Under the pieces are notes generated by a model. It was given only the letters and a program-made list of their open reading frames with translations, did not search any database and was not told where the DNA came from. Below, piece by piece: positions 40,163-54,183 of a stretch of DNA of 64,000 bases. This DNA is from Eledone cirrhosa (taxonomy: Eukaryota). The stretch is from the NCBI GenBank assembly GCA_964016885.1, contig OZ024742.1, forward strand, positions 115,940,001 through 116,004,000. The letters are read 5' to 3'. A program made the position numbers and the translations under genes. How positions within the stretch are numbered: the first letter of the stretch is position 1; each line of letters begins with the position of its first letter.

Positions 40163-43100
40163 TTATACTTGGGGAGGGCCATATGTGTGTAATATTGCCA
40201 GAATAAATAACAGAACCCACCAAACTGTTTGGTTGGTTTTCGCTTCTGTTTCTTTTATATCGGTAATCTAATTTATTCGGTCCACAATGTTGCCATTGAC
40301 TGACCAACGGTCACAAATCATACAGATACAATATAGACGAAAACACATATATATAGTTTATCAAAGTTCTTTCGTTGCACATCTTCAACATCGTCAGTGG
40401 TGCTATAGATTACTCCCGTCGCATTGTATTTCTACGCCATCTTTATTTAGTTGTGTTTATATATTTATTTATTTATTTGTTTGTTTGTTTATTTTATTTT
40501 GTCTTCTTTGCGCATGCGTTTGCGTGTGTGTATAGTGTTTTGTTTGATGTGTGTTCGTGATTGGGTGACTGTGTATTGGTTAATGTATTCTATATGTTTA
40601 CTAGTGTGTGTTTATATGTTTGTTGTTATTGTGCTTGTGTATGTATTTATTTATTTATTTATCTATTTATTTATTTATTTATTTATACCTCTCTTAGGTC
40701 AGTGTTGTTTGTTTGGGTGTTGTTGTTATTCCATTCATTCTTTCTGTTTAGTCTTAGCCTTCTAAGTTCTATTTCACTGGCCTCTCTGATTTGCCTATCT
40801 GCTGGGTCATTTCTATGTTTAGATATTATTCTAATTTCCATGTTGTCTATGTTACCGTCGTGTTGTTGTCTGGCATGTTCGTATAGTACTGACACGTTTT
40901 TTCATCCTTTTAGTTCCCCCCAGTGTTGGTCTATCCTTTCACCTATGCTACGAGCTGTCTCGCCTATGTATGTTGTTGTATTGTTTCTGCAACTACCCTC
41001 TGTACATCTTATGCTATAGACTACGTTTCTAGTTTACAGTTTATCCGGGGGTTTACCTTACATATGATACATTTCCTATAAGTACAGTGGGTTTTCTTAA
41101 AAGGGTAGGTTTTGCTGATCAGGGATTTTATGGTGGTTCCTGGCTTTTCTACCACCTTAATCTTTAAGTGGGTCTTTCTCGGGGCCTTTCTCCACTGGTT
41201 AGCTAATTTCCCTCCAGGGGTAGCATCCACAAACATGACACTCAGATATCTCCGGTTGTCGTACCATGAGGTGGCTTTCCCTATCTTATGTCTAGCCCTA
41301 TCTAAGCTATTCCAGGATTTGCTCCTGATTAATGGGAACATTCCTTTCTAGTCCAGTTCTATGAGGGTCTCATACTTCTCCATGGCTCCTTCGTAAACTC
41401 TGACTATGTCTCTTTGGTTGTTGTCATAGGACTGCATGTGGTTGCTGAAGTGTTAGATGTGTCTTTCCATTTCTGTTGGGTCGCACATGCGGGATACGTT
41501 CTTCATCACTCGTACCAAATCTGCGATCAGAATATTAAACTTAGCACTACTGGACACTGCTGAGTTTTTGAGCATCAGGTATTTGGAGGCCATGGGTTTA
41601 GCATAGTGTGAGTGGAGAATTTGGACTCTCTCATCTATAGTGTTAATCCAGAGTTCCGTGTCTTATACAGGTAGTCTATTGTTAGGGTCTTTGGAAGGGT
41701 AGTCGATAGTTACAGTTATACACTGGTGTATGGAATTAGCTATCTGCTGGATGCTTTCCATTGTGCTACGTTCTAAATCAAACTTGTTAGTGCTCTCTAC
41801 TGGGGATGTTCTTATAACTATATTGATATCGTCTACGTAACGAGAGTACATGATGAGGTCTATGGAGCTCTCATTAAGGAGATCTTTAAGTCTCCTTTCC
41901 CACCATGCCATAAAAAGGTTGGCAACATCACCAGCTATGCTGACGTCAATGGCTGCTCCCTCATTTTGGGTGTAGATCTTCTCGTTGAACTTGAATATGT
42001 GGCCCTTTAGGCTAGTTTTGATACTAGCCCCTATTGCATGTGCGACCATTTTTCTTACCTGATCATTGTTTTGGCGGGTCCGTATAGCTTTGGTCCACCC
42101 AATCCACCTTCCCATGGGCGTCTTGTTTGCATGGAGGTTATGGTGGGGGTGTACCTCGTATGGGTCTACTAGGGCAGAAACTTCTAAGGTCATGGCTCTC
42201 TAGGTAGTCAGTCTCGTATTTAAGTCTAAGTAGGAGCCCCAGTTCGTCTGTGTCGACGTCGCAGAACTCCACTTCACTCCCAATGATCATCTCCACACAT
42301 TTTTCCACAGCAAAATCAATGTTAATGGATGGGTACAGTGATACCACATCCATGCTGCCTATTATGCAGTTGGATAGGTTCCTGTTTTTGTTGTACTCAC
42401 TGATTCTGCTGAGGAGGTCCTCTGTACTGTCACATACATCTGGGGACATCTTGATTATGGGGCGTATAACCACTGAGAGGAAGTAGGAGATCCTGTAGTT
42501 GCTAGCTATATTAGCTCCGCAAATGGGTCTTGTTGGTGGTCTTGTTGTCGGGTCGTCGACTGTCTTGTGGTCTTTGCGGAGCCCATACAGGATGGTATGC
42601 CATATGTTAGACGCCTGGAAGTTGTTGGCAGTGCGTCTGCTTGGCTTTAGGATGTCAGTCCACATCATCATGTGAGCGTTGATGATTTTCTCTCTCCCAT
42701 CGTGTGTTTGTTGTGCAATTTCGCTCCTGTTGGTGATGTGGGGTTGCATTAACTTGATGTAGTTCGGCATGCTATCTACTGACATCCTACCCGACTTATC
42801 CGTGGGTAGACATACTACCTCACCATCCCTTGTGCGCTGCTTGAGGCTAACCAAGCCTTCTATAGGTTTCCTCCCAAGTTGTTGGGCCTCTGGTTTGCTC
42901 TGTCTCTTAGTATACCGGTCTACTATTTGTTAATCTTATTTCTAGCTATGGTGAACTGTGACTCTGTCTCGTCATCTATTTGTTGTGGTATGCAAACTAT
43001 TTTATTAAAGGGTAACCTCGTAGGATAGTTATTACCCATCTTATATGTTTTGTCAGCTGGGTTGAAAAATAGTTTCTCTAGGGGGTTGTCATTATATCTA

Positions 43101-43860
43101 TCGTCATAGTTGCGTGTGTTGCTATTATTGTTATTATGGTGGTTGTTGTTGTTCCTATCATTAGCATTATTATTATTGTTATGATTGCTAGATGTATTGT
43201 TGCTGTTGTGATTGTTGTTTACATCACCGTTATTGTTGTTGTTACTGTTATTTCTACCATTATGGTTGTTACTTTTATTATGTTTCTTGTTTTTGTTGTG
43301 CCTATCATTAATGTTGCTACATGTATTTTTCCATTATTACCACTGTGGTTGTTGTTTTTGTTGTTCGTATTGTTACCGTTATTACTACTGTGGTCGCTGC
43401 TGCTGTGTCTGTGGTTAATGTTTCTATTATTATTATTATTGTGGTTGTCGTTGTTGTTCTGTCTCTCGTTAGTATTATTACCATTATTACTATTTCTCAC
43501 TCTCCTGCTATTGTTATTGTTATGGTTGTTATTCCTATACTCGGAGTTATTGTTTATATTACTACTACCGTTATTATTGTTGTTGTTGTAGTTTACTTTT
43601 GCATTCCAACGTATTTTTGTCAAACACTCTTCCAGCTCCGTTTTGCAATCAATAGGTTTAATATTTTTATAGATGGCAAATTTTGGTGGTAGCTGCAGGA
43701 TTTGTTGTTCTTGTTCACCGATTAAAGTGTTCCCATAAATATTTACTGTGTGGTCATTGGCAAATTCTTCCGGTAGTTTTACATCAGTCATACGGATATT
43801 GTTGATGTTATCTTGGTATTTTTGAGAATATTCTATTTTCCTTTCTTGTAGTTGTTTATC
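40163..43860 (-). mobile_element. PLE family E, left arm: N-terminal region with poly-Asn tract, RT, GIY-YIG, pLTR with HHR at 40360-40401; frameshifted
   Basis: LPPKFAI, PTDKSG, IIGSMDVVSLYPSI, YSRYVDD, EASEI...LNRKNEW. Confidence 0.92.
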
Positions 43861-46266
43861 CTATTTCCACTCGATAGTTATATGCCCCATAATCAAGATG
43901 TCCCCAGATGTATGTGACAGTACAGTGGACCTCCTCAGCAGAATCAGTGAGTGCAACAAAAACAGGAACCTATCCAACTGCATAATAGGCAGCATGGATG
44001 TGGTATCACTGTACCCATCCATTAACATTGATTTTGCTGTGGAAAAATGTGTGGAGATGATCATTGGGAGTGAAGTGGAGTTCTGCGACGTCGACACAGA
44101 CGAACTGGGCCTCCTACTTAGACTTACTTACGACACTGACTACCTAGAGAGCCATGACCTTAGACGTTTCTGCCCTAGTAGACCCATAAGAGGTAGACCC
44201 TCCACCATAACCTCCATGGCAAAAAAGACTCCCATGGGAAGATGGATTGGGTGGACCAAAGCTATACGGACCTGCCAAAACAATGATCAGGTAAGAAAAA
44301 TGGTCGCACATGCAATAGGGGCTAGTATCAAAACTAGCCTAAAGGGCCACATATTCAAGTTCAACGAGAAGATCTACACCCAAAATGAGGGAGCAGCCAT
44401 TGGCGTCAGCATAGCTGGTGATGTTGCCAACCTTTTTATTGTAAGGTGGGAAAGGAGACTTAACGATCTCCTTAATGAGAGCTCCATAGACCACATCATG
44501 TACTCTCGTTACGTAGATACGTAGACGATATCAATATAGTTATAAGAATATCCCCAGTAGAGAGCACTAACAGGTTTGATTTAGAACGTAGCACAATGGA
44601 AAGCATCCAGCAGATAGCTAATTCCATACACCAGTGTATAACTGTGACTATCGACTACCCTTCCAAATACCCTAACAATAGACTACCTGTATTAGACACG
44701 GAACTCTGGATTAACACTATAGACGAGAGAGCCCGAATTCTCCACTCACACTATGCTAAACCCATGGCCTCCAAATACCTGATACTCAAAAACTCAGCAA
44801 TGTCCAGTAGTGCTAAGTTTAATATTCTGATCGCAGATTTGGTACGAGTGATGAAGAACGTATCCTACATGTCCGACCCAACAGAAATGGAAAGCCACAT
44901 CCAACACTTCAGCAACCGCATGCAGTTCTCTGGCTACAACCAAAGAGAAAGAGCCAGAGTTTACGAAGGAGCCATGGAGAAGTATAAGACCCTCATAGAA
45001 CTGGACATGAAAGGAATTTGCCCATTATACAGGACCAAATCCTGGAATAGCTTAGATAGGGCTAGACATAAGATAGGGAAAGCCACCTCATGGTACGACA
45101 ACCGGAGATACCTGAGTGTCATGTTTGTGGATGCTACCCCTGGAGGGAAATTAGCTAACCAGTGGAGAAAGGCCCTGAGAAAGACCCACTTAAAGATTAA
45201 GGTGGTAGAAAAGCCAGGAACCACCATAAAAACCCTGATCAGCAAAACCTACCCTTTTAAGAAACCCACTGTACTAATAGGAAATGTATCATATGTAAGG
45301 TAAACCCCCGGATAAACTGTAAAACTAGAAACGTAGTCTATAGCATAAGATGTACAGAGGGTACTTGCAGAAACATGAAAACAACATACATAGGCGAGAC
45401 AGCTCGTAGCATAGGTGAAAGGATAGACCAACACTGGGGGGAACTAAAAGGAGGAAAAAACGGGTCAGTACTATACGTACATGCCAGACAACAACACGAC
45501 GGTAACATAGACAACATGGAACTTAGAATAATATCTAAACATAGAAATGATAGGCAAATCAGAGAGGCCAGTGAAATAGAACTTAGAAGGTTAATACTAA
45601 ACAGAAAGAATGAATGGAATAACAACAACACCCAAACAAACAACACTGACCTAAGAGAAGTATAAATAAATAAATAAATAGATAAATAAATAAATTGATA
45701 AATAAATAAATAAATAAATACATACACAAGCACAATAACAACAAACACATATAAACACACACTAGTAAACATAGAATACATTAACCAATACACAGTCACC
45801 CAATCACGAACACACATCAAACAAAACACTATACACACACGCAAACTCATGCGCAAAGAAGACAAAATAAAATAAACAAACAAACAAATAAATAAATAAA
45901 TAGATAAACAGACTAAATAAAGATGGCGTAGAAATACAATGCAACGGGAGGAATCTATAGCACCACTGACGATGTTGCAGATGTGCAACGAAAGAATTTT
46001 GATAAACTATATATATGTGTTTGTGTCTATATTGTATCTGTATGATTTTTGACCGTCGGTCAGTCAATGGCAACATTGAGGACCGAATAAATTAGATTAC
46101 CGATATAAAAGACACAGAAGCGTAAAGCGAAAACCAACAAAACAGTGAGTGTGTTCTGCTATTAATTCTGGCAATATTACACAAATATGACCATACCCAA
46201 GTATAACAATATTTGTTTCGACACACGATTTCATATAAAAAACCTCGCAAAACTAATTCATCGCCG
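43861..46266 (+). mobile_element. PLE family E, right arm (inverted, more 5'-truncated) with pLTR HHR at 45962-46003
   Basis: ORFs 43898-44524, 44596-45303, 45375-45665 (YIGETARS..ER..H); reverse complement of 40163-42490. Confidence 0.93.
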
Positions 46267-46338
<72 letters not shown>

Positions 46339-46391
46339 GCATATACAGATACAAATATACATACACATACATATATATATATATTCATATA

Positions 46392-46457
<66 letters not shown>

Positions 46458-46516
46458 TGTATATATATATATATGTATGTGTATGTATATTTGTATGTGT
46501 GTATATATCTGTATTC

Positions 46517-46561
<45 letters not shown>

Positions 46562-46854
46562 TTCTAATGAATGAAACAGTTCTAGTCCTGTAGAATCTCA
46601 TCTATATTGAATCTCATCTATATTAAAACTATATATATATATATATATATTTATTAAAATAACAGATTAAAGTTTAAGCGAAGAATCGCTGCTTTCACCC
46701 TTAACGGAGCGGTGAAAAACAATTACGCGCAAAGATGGAACCACGTTTATGGTATAAAATATTTGCTCTACGGTTCTTATATATTTGATATATATTTTCC
46801 TTATCGAGCCCTCTTTGGATTTTAGTCTTCGATTTTATTATTATTACTATTATT

Positions 46855-46952
<98 letters not shown>

Positions 46953-46994
46953 ATTTATATATATATATATATATATATACACATACACACACAT

Positions 46995-47310
46995 ACACAT
47001 ATATGCATACACAAATAAACGCATGTACAAAAAAACATACGCATACATACATACGGCCACTCATACAAATACGTACATACATACACTCCTAAATATACAC
47101 ATACACACAGACACATATATACAGTATAAAGATGAATAACGCTCTACATGCTTAATTCATCTTTATACTGTATATATGTGTCTGTGTGTATGTGTATATT
47201 TATGTATGTATGTCTGTACGTATATGTATGAGTGGCCGTATGTATGTATGTGGATGTTTGTGTGTACATGCGTTTATGTGTATATGCGTATATGCGTATG
47301 TATAAATAAA
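46995..47310. repeat. Low-complexity fold-back repeat
   Basis: cagtataaagatgaat...attcatctttatactg around ~47145; catacggccactcatac mirrored in both arms. Confidence 0.72.
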
Positions 47311-47446
47311 TATATATACATATATATATAAAATATATATCTCTCTCTATATATATATATATACATATGCATACAGATATATACACACATACAAATATAC
47401 ATACACATACATATTTATACACATATACATATACATATATATATAT

Positions 47447-47549
<103 letters not shown>

Positions 47550-47760
47550 CGTTTCTGAATTTGTTTAGCCAGATTCTTTATCTGAAATCGTGTGTTGAAA
47601 CCGATATTGTTATACTTTGGGAGGGTCATGTTGCCAATAAGAAACACACACACCAGTTGCTTTCACTTCAATTTATTATAATAAATTTATAATAAATTTA
47701 TAAATTTATAAATTTCTGGTTGGTTGGTTGGTTCCACAACCAGATAGTTGTTTATAAATT

Positions 47761-47803
47761 GTCATAGTTCTTTCGTCACACACTCTGTGACCTCTTCAGT
47801 GAC
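47761..47803 (-). ncRNA. Minimal type I HHR in family D pLTR
   Basis: gtca-CTGAAGA-g-gtcaca gagtg tgtgac-GAAAG AA CTA-tgac. Confidence 0.9.
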
Positions 47804-48006
47804 TGGGGATTCCTTTCTCTGTTTCTGTGCCTCTCCTTTGTTGTGTCCTACGCAATTTTGTTTCTGTGAGTGTGTGTTGTGTGCTCAGTCTGCGCATGCG
47901 CCACATCCGGGTGTCTGTGTGTGTTTATGTTCATTTATTTATTTGTTTATTTACATGTTACTGGTTGGTTGTTTGTTCTATATGTGTGTGTGTTTTCATT
48001 TTGTCC

Positions 48007-50088
48007 TTAATTGTAAGTTGTGATGTTGCTGTTCCACTCATATTTTCTATTTAATTTTGGTTGTAATTCTTTTATGTTTATTGCCTCTGTAATTTGTCTA
48101 AACATTGTGTCTTTTCTGTGTGTAGATTCTATTTTTATTTCTATGTTCTCTAATTTACCCTTGTGTTCTATTTTAGCATGTTGGTAGAGTACAGATGATT
48201 CTTTACTATCTTGAAGGTCTCGCCAGTGTTCATTTATCCGTTCCCCTACACTACGAGCTGTCTCACCTATGTACACTATATTTTTGTCTCTACATTGTCC
48301 TTCAGTACATCTTATGCTATACACTACATTTGTAGTTTTACAGTTAATATGGGGGCTTATTTTACAGGTTATACATTTCTTATCTATACATGAGGGTCTT
48401 TGAAAAGGGTATGTCTTGCTAATAAGTGTTTTTACGGAGGTACCTGGTCTTTCTACTATCTTAATATTGAGTTTATGTTTATTTAGGGCCATTCTAAATT
48501 TGTAAGCTAATTCACCTCTAGGGGTTGTATCGATGAACATTACACTCTGGTATTTATTGCTATCATACCATGAGTTTATTCTATTAGCCTTGTTCCTAGT
48601 TAGTTCTATTGTATTCCAAAATGTGCTCCTATACAAGTGGCAGGTCCCATTTATGTCATTATTTACAATTTTTTCCCATTTGGTTCTGGCTCCTCTATAC
48701 ACTCTGATTTTATCTCTCTCATTGTAGCCAGAGAACTGCATACGGTGGATGAAGTGTTGTATGTGTCTCTCTAGTTCTTCGGGGTTGCACATGCGGGACA
48801 CATTTCTCATCACCCGTACCAAATCCGCAATCAGTATGTTGATTTTGGTATGGTCCGAAACGGCCGAGTTTCGGTGGATCAGATGTTTGGAAGTCATGGG
48901 TTTGGCATAATGGGAATGGAGGATTTGTTTTTTGTTGTTAATGGTATCTAACCAGAGCTCTGTGTCTAGTACAGGTAATCGATGGTTGGGGTGTTTACTT
49001 GGGTAGTCTATAGTAAATCTAATGCTCTGGTGGATGGAGTTTGCTATTTGCTGGATGCTTTCCATTGTGTTTTTCTCTAGTTCCTGACTGTTCTCTAGTG
49101 GGGGTGTCTTAACTACGATGTTTATATCATCTACGTAGCGGGAGTACATTATCAGGGTTAAGGGGTCTTCTGATTGTTCTTTAAGTTTATGTTTAAGTCT
49201 ACTGTCCCACCATACCATGAATAAGTTAACTATGTCGCCTGCAATGCTAACACCAATGGCTGCTCCATTCTCTTGGGCATATGTTTTTCCATTAAATTTG
49301 AACATATGTTCCTTAAGGGTTAGTTTTATGCTGGCCCCTACCGCATGTGCAATCATTTTCTTCAGTTCATCGTGGTTTTCGGGTGTCCGTATGGCTCTGG
49401 TCCACCCGTTCCATCTATCCGTGTGGGTTTTCTTGGCCATTGAGGTAATGGTAGGTGGTTTGCCTCTTGCTGGTCTTGTAGGGCACAGGTTGCTAAGGCC
49501 ATATGTGTCTAGGTAATTATTACTATAGGTAAGCTTAAATAGGAGTCCCAGCTCACTGGTATCAATCCCACGGAACTCAACCTTGCTCTCACTGATCATT
49601 TCTACGCATTTCTCCACAGCAAAATTCACGTCAATAGATGGATACAGGGACACAACATCCATACTGCCTATTATGCAGTTTGTTAGGTCCCTAGATCGGT
49701 TACTCACGCCGATTCTGCTGAGGAGGTCCTCCGTGCTGTCACATACATCTGGGGACATTTCAATGATGGGGCGTATGATCAGGGAGAGGAAGTAGGACAG
49801 TCTGTAGTTACTAGCAATGTTAGCTCCACAGACTGGCCGTGTTGGTGGTCCCGCGACAGTGTCACTGCCCGTGTTATGGTCTTTTCGAAGCACAAACAAC
49901 GCCGGCACGTCATTGTTCCAGGCCTGGAAGTTGTTGGCAGTCCTTTTGTTGGGCTGCATTATATTCGTCCACATCACCATATGGGCATTGAGGGCTTTTT
50001 CTCTATCCTCATGCTCCTGTGGTGTTACCTCTCTTGTGTTAGTGATGTGTGCGTTGCATTGCCTGGATTTAGTTTGGCAGGCTATCAA
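48007..50088 (-). CDS. Penelope-like RT + Cys linker + GIY-YIG endonuclease, 693 aa uninterrupted, N-terminally truncated
   Basis: RKDH, TRPVCGA, IIGSMDVVSLYPSID, GAAIG, YSRYVDD, HYAKPM, CIDKKCITC, NVVYSIRC, YIGETARS.GER..EH, EAINI..LQPKLN. Confidence 0.95.
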   Translation of the reverse strand: MIACQTKSRQCNAHITNTREVTPQEHEDREKALNAHMVMWTNIMQPNKRTANNFQAWNNDVPALFVLRKDHNTGSDTVAGPPTRPVCGANIASNYRLSYFLSLIIRPIIEMSPDVCDSTEDLLSRIGVSNRSRDLTNCIIGSMDVVSLYPSIDVNFAVEKCVEMISESKVEFRGIDTSELGLLFKLTYSNNYLDTYGLSNLCPTRPARGKPPTITSMAKKTHTDRWNGWTRAIRTPENHDELKKMIAHAVGASIKLTLKEHMFKFNGKTYAQENGAAIGVSIAGDIVNLFMVWWDSRLKHKLKEQSEDPLTLIMYSRYVDDINIVVKTPPLENSQELEKNTMESIQQIANSIHQSIRFTIDYPSKHPNHRLPVLDTELWLDTINNKKQILHSHYAKPMTSKHLIHRNSAVSDHTKINILIADLVRVMRNVSRMCNPEELERHIQHFIHRMQFSGYNERDKIRVYRGARTKWEKIVNNDINGTCHLYRSTFWNTIELTRNKANRINSWYDSNKYQSVMFIDTTPRGELAYKFRMALNKHKLNIKIVERPGTSVKTLISKTYPFQRPSCIDKKCITCKISPHINCKTTNVVYSIRCTEGQCRDKNIVYIGETARSVGERINEHWRDLQDSKESSVLYQHAKIEHKGKLENIEIKIESTHRKDTMFRQITEAINIKELQPKLNRKYEWNSNITTYN

Positions 50089-50258
50089 CCGACATTCTGC
50101 CAGAATTGTCTGTCGGAAAGCATGCTATCTCTTCATTATGTGAGCAACCAACCAGAAATTTATAAATTTATAAATTTATTATTAATTTATTATAATAAAT
50201 TGAAGTGAAGCAACTGGTGCGTGTGTTTCTTATTGGCAACATGACCCTCTCAAAGTAT

Positions 50259-50342
<84 letters not shown>

Positions 50343-50369
50343 ATACTTTGGGAGGGTCATGTTGCCAAT

Positions 50370-51020
50370 AAAGAATTTATTGACACGTGTTTCAATAACA
50401 GTTACATAACCTGAAAACAGCTGCTATCTACAAAGTATTAGTTATGCAGACATTCAATATTTCAATGTTATTATCAACTGTCATTTCATCAGAATAATTT
50501 TACTGAGGACCTGTTTGGTTTTATAGAGAATATTAGGAGGGAGGGGTGAAGTTGTTACAAGAAAAGTTGAGGGAGTGGTTGTTTGATAGCAGTGAGAATT
50601 TTTGGTGGCAGTGAGTAATTAGATTCCCATCTGTTGTTTTGATATTTTTTATAGAATATATTATTGGTTATTTTTCTAAATCTATAGAAGGATTAGAGAT
50701 AGTATAGATATGCATGGTTGGTTTTGTGTTTGCACTTAATTAACATTCAGACTTAAATTTTTCTTTCAAGTGTACGTATCCTTTCGCCCACGCATTCACA
50801 CACAAACATATATGCACAGCTCTACAAAATACATATACTCACATACACATACTTACATGCTCATAATTACATACATATACACATGCACATATATATATAT
50901 ATACATATATATACATATATACATGTACATACATACGCATTTATGTGTATATATTTTCATACTCAACTTATCTTTATATACACACGTATAGACACACATA
51001 TATACATACATACTCCAGTC

Positions 51021-51071
<51 letters not shown>

Positions 51072-51892
51072 TTTAATATATGAATGCACTTACATCTAAC
51101 TATACACGTCAAACATATATATATATTTACTTATTTATATACATTTTCACATATATATACATACATACGGTCGCTTTTAGACACATTCATTATAGCATAT
51201 TCGCACCTATTCTCATCAGCATATCTTTCCATTATTAGTGTGGTAATTTAAGGTTATTAATATACATATTAAGAGATTGTTTTTATATTTTTCTAACTAG
51301 ATTGAGATTTATATAGTTGGGGGGATGTCCCTCTTTTATGTAATATTCAGCTTGTAGTGGGAAAAAAGGGTTTTAGTTCGGTGACGGCAGAATAATGTTC
51401 GTTCAATTCTGTTATTAAGCAATTTCTTCTTGTGTGTGATTATGTAATAAATCTCAAGATTACACAATTTGCAGAAATTTTGGCTCCTGCAAAAGCTTTG
51501 TGTTTTAGCTAATTTCTCCCATTTTAGGGTAAACTTTTGATCGCTATCCCTGAGCGTCCAAGCTTTTTCTGCTAAATTGTTACATTTCTTTGGCTCTGGT
51601 GTTTTATTGAGTAAGCATGCCTATATAATCGAGATTTAAACGATGTTGCCGTTGATCCCACGTAATACCACTCGTTGCCTCCGGATTTAATGGTACACTT
51701 ATAAATGATATTTTTTTCCCGACAGTTATTGCCGAGGGGGCAGTTGTCAGGAAAGGTGCAGTTACAGTTGTGTACGTTGGGTTTTCTCTGGAGTAGTATT
51801 GCGGACGAAATTAGGTGTGGTTTATTTATGTTCTGTAGTGTATTGTCTACTGTTTTGTTTGTGTTCTTTGTACTTAAGTTTTTAGTGTTTTC

Positions 51893-51895
<3 letters not shown>
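50370..51895 (-). mobile_element. PLE family H 3' part with CxCx5C linker, GIY-YIG and HHR at 50452-50495
   Basis: CNCTFPDNCPLGNNC, NIIYKCTI..WYYVGST..FKSR; CTGATGA-aatg..catt-GAAATATT. Confidence 0.82.
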
Positions 51896-51943
<48 letters not shown>

Positions 51944-52194
51944 GGTATATGTATGTGTATGTATGTATATGTGTGTATGTACGTGTGTATATATGTATGT
52001 ATAAGTGTACGTACGAATATATATATATATATATATATATATATGGAAAAGAAGGAAACGAATGTTACTTACATATATATATATATGTATATATATATGT
52101 GTGTGTATAGATATGTATATGTGTATGTATATATTAGCATATATGTATGTGTATATGTACCATTATTTATGTTTGTTGTGTGTGTGCCTGACTG

Positions 52195-52229
<35 letters not shown>

Positions 52230-52230
52230 A

Positions 52231-52730
52231 AGTGGGCCCGTGTGTTTCCCGGCACATGGAATATATATTAAGAGAAACTTCACAATAAGGGGTCTCACCC
52301 CAACACATGAATCTTTTGATGGAACCCTTTCTGTCTTTGTCACCCTTACTTCAGCCTTAAAGAATTAGCTTCTAAAGAATGTCCCTTTTCTTTAAACCAT
52401 TGAACCCCAGCCATACTGTAGACACCTGTCTTACAGCCATTGTTAGTCTAAGTGACAAATAAGGATTGGTATTCCAATTTTGAATTTGTTTACAGTATTC
52501 GTTCTGCCTTTGTTAATATTATAGCTTTTAAGAATTAGCTTTTAATGAAATCCCTAATATTTAAATCCTTCAACCAATAACCTACACACATCCCAATCCC
52601 CACTCTTTCCTATGACCAGATAAGGAAAGATATAAATACTACATTTACATGGACAGCCAGCTTCCCGATGATTTCTTACGAATGAAACAGTTCTAGTCCT
52701 GTAGAAGCTCTTATATATTAAAACTATATA
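52231..52730 (+). mobile_element. Family F pLTR-like element with degenerate HHR at ~52659-52709
   Basis: CCGATGA-t-ttc ttac gaa-t-GAAAC A GTT; a further fragment lies at 46557-46630. Confidence 0.68.
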
Positions 52731-52930
52731 TATATATGTATCCGTTCTTTGCCAGGTAACGTTTCCACGAACCTAACTATCGTCTTCCTGTCTTCCTTCA
52801 GTTGCAACATTTTTTGAAATATTTACTTCTCCGTTCAAAGATTGATTTTTTTTAGTTTCAGAAGATCCCGTTAAGGCTGAAAGCAGCGATTCTTTGCTTA
52901 AACTTTAATCTGTTATTTTAATAAATATAA

Positions 52931-53020
<90 letters not shown>

Positions 53021-53031
53021 ATATATATATA

Positions 53032-53103
<72 letters not shown>

Positions 53104-53677
53104 TGGGGAGAGAGAGAATAGAATAGAATTACCATTTAGCTTCGAGCATAGCTGTATACAGATATTTATTGGAATTTCATATTTCTAAAGAAATACGGTG
53201 TTATTGAATAAACGTTTACAAAGCCTTAACTATGCAAAAACACAGGAGGCTATCAGGATGATCACTCCCGCTATTGCCACTGCTGGACTTAAAAACAGGC
53301 AAGAATATATACTTTTCACGTCAGTGTAGATGTAAATGTGGTGATCAATCTCATTAGCATATGCTGCTGTATATATATGTATATATACATATATAATTAC
53401 AATAGTTACTTAAGTTACCTCCCTTGACCTCACCTTCTAAATTCCCTGCTTTTGTTTAAACTCTTACGATATATTCCTAAAAGGAAAGAAAAATCAACCC
53501 CAGGCGGCCATCTTTATTTTTGTTTTTCTTATGACAGGCTGAATGGGTTGGGGTCCAGAAACCGACGAACTTAAGTATCTGCTTATGCCACTGTTGTAAT
53601 TATTTAACTAAGGTCACCCTAAGGACTGAGTGATCTTACCCTCCGATATTTCCGCCTAAACATTACTACAGTAGATA

Positions 53678-53738
<61 letters not shown>

Positions 53739-53744
<6 letters not shown>

Positions 53745-54149
53745 GGAAAAAATGAAACGGAATTTCGTATCTCACACTTAGTTTTCGGTGCGCCCGGCCG
53801 ATTAACTCACTCAATATGCAAATTAGGGTGCTCAGCCGTTAATATGCATAAGGAAAGTATATACTTTCAGACGTTCAATCATCTGGCAGGAAGGTATACG
53901 GTGCTGCCGATAGCTAATAAACTTGAAACTAGTACATCGTTCCTTTGTCAGTGTTGAACAAAGGGGCAACGATGGTTGCTAAACACTGTACGGCTTAATT
54001 CGGGATGTTTGTTTACAAACTAACCGAGCATTATAATAAATGTTTGGTGAATCCATACGTACATATATATATATGTGTGCATGTATGTATATATATATAT
54101 ACATACTACTGTACGTATGTATACATATATGTATGTACGTATACATACT

Positions 54150-54150
<1 letters not shown>
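53739..54150. mobile_element. Family B copy (plus) with short inverted left arm; HHR variant at 53898-53940
   Basis: gtg-CTGCCGA-tagctaataaactt-GAAACTAGTA-cat; ATGCAAAT at 53816. Confidence 0.82.

Positions 54151-54183
<33 letters not shown>

Noticed and set aside
52855-52925. HHR-like CAGAAGA-tcccgttaagg-GAAAGC repeat (also ~46650-46710, 57030-57090, 61320-61350)
   Set aside because: A real short repeat family, but no copy has an intact CUGANGA core plus NUH site
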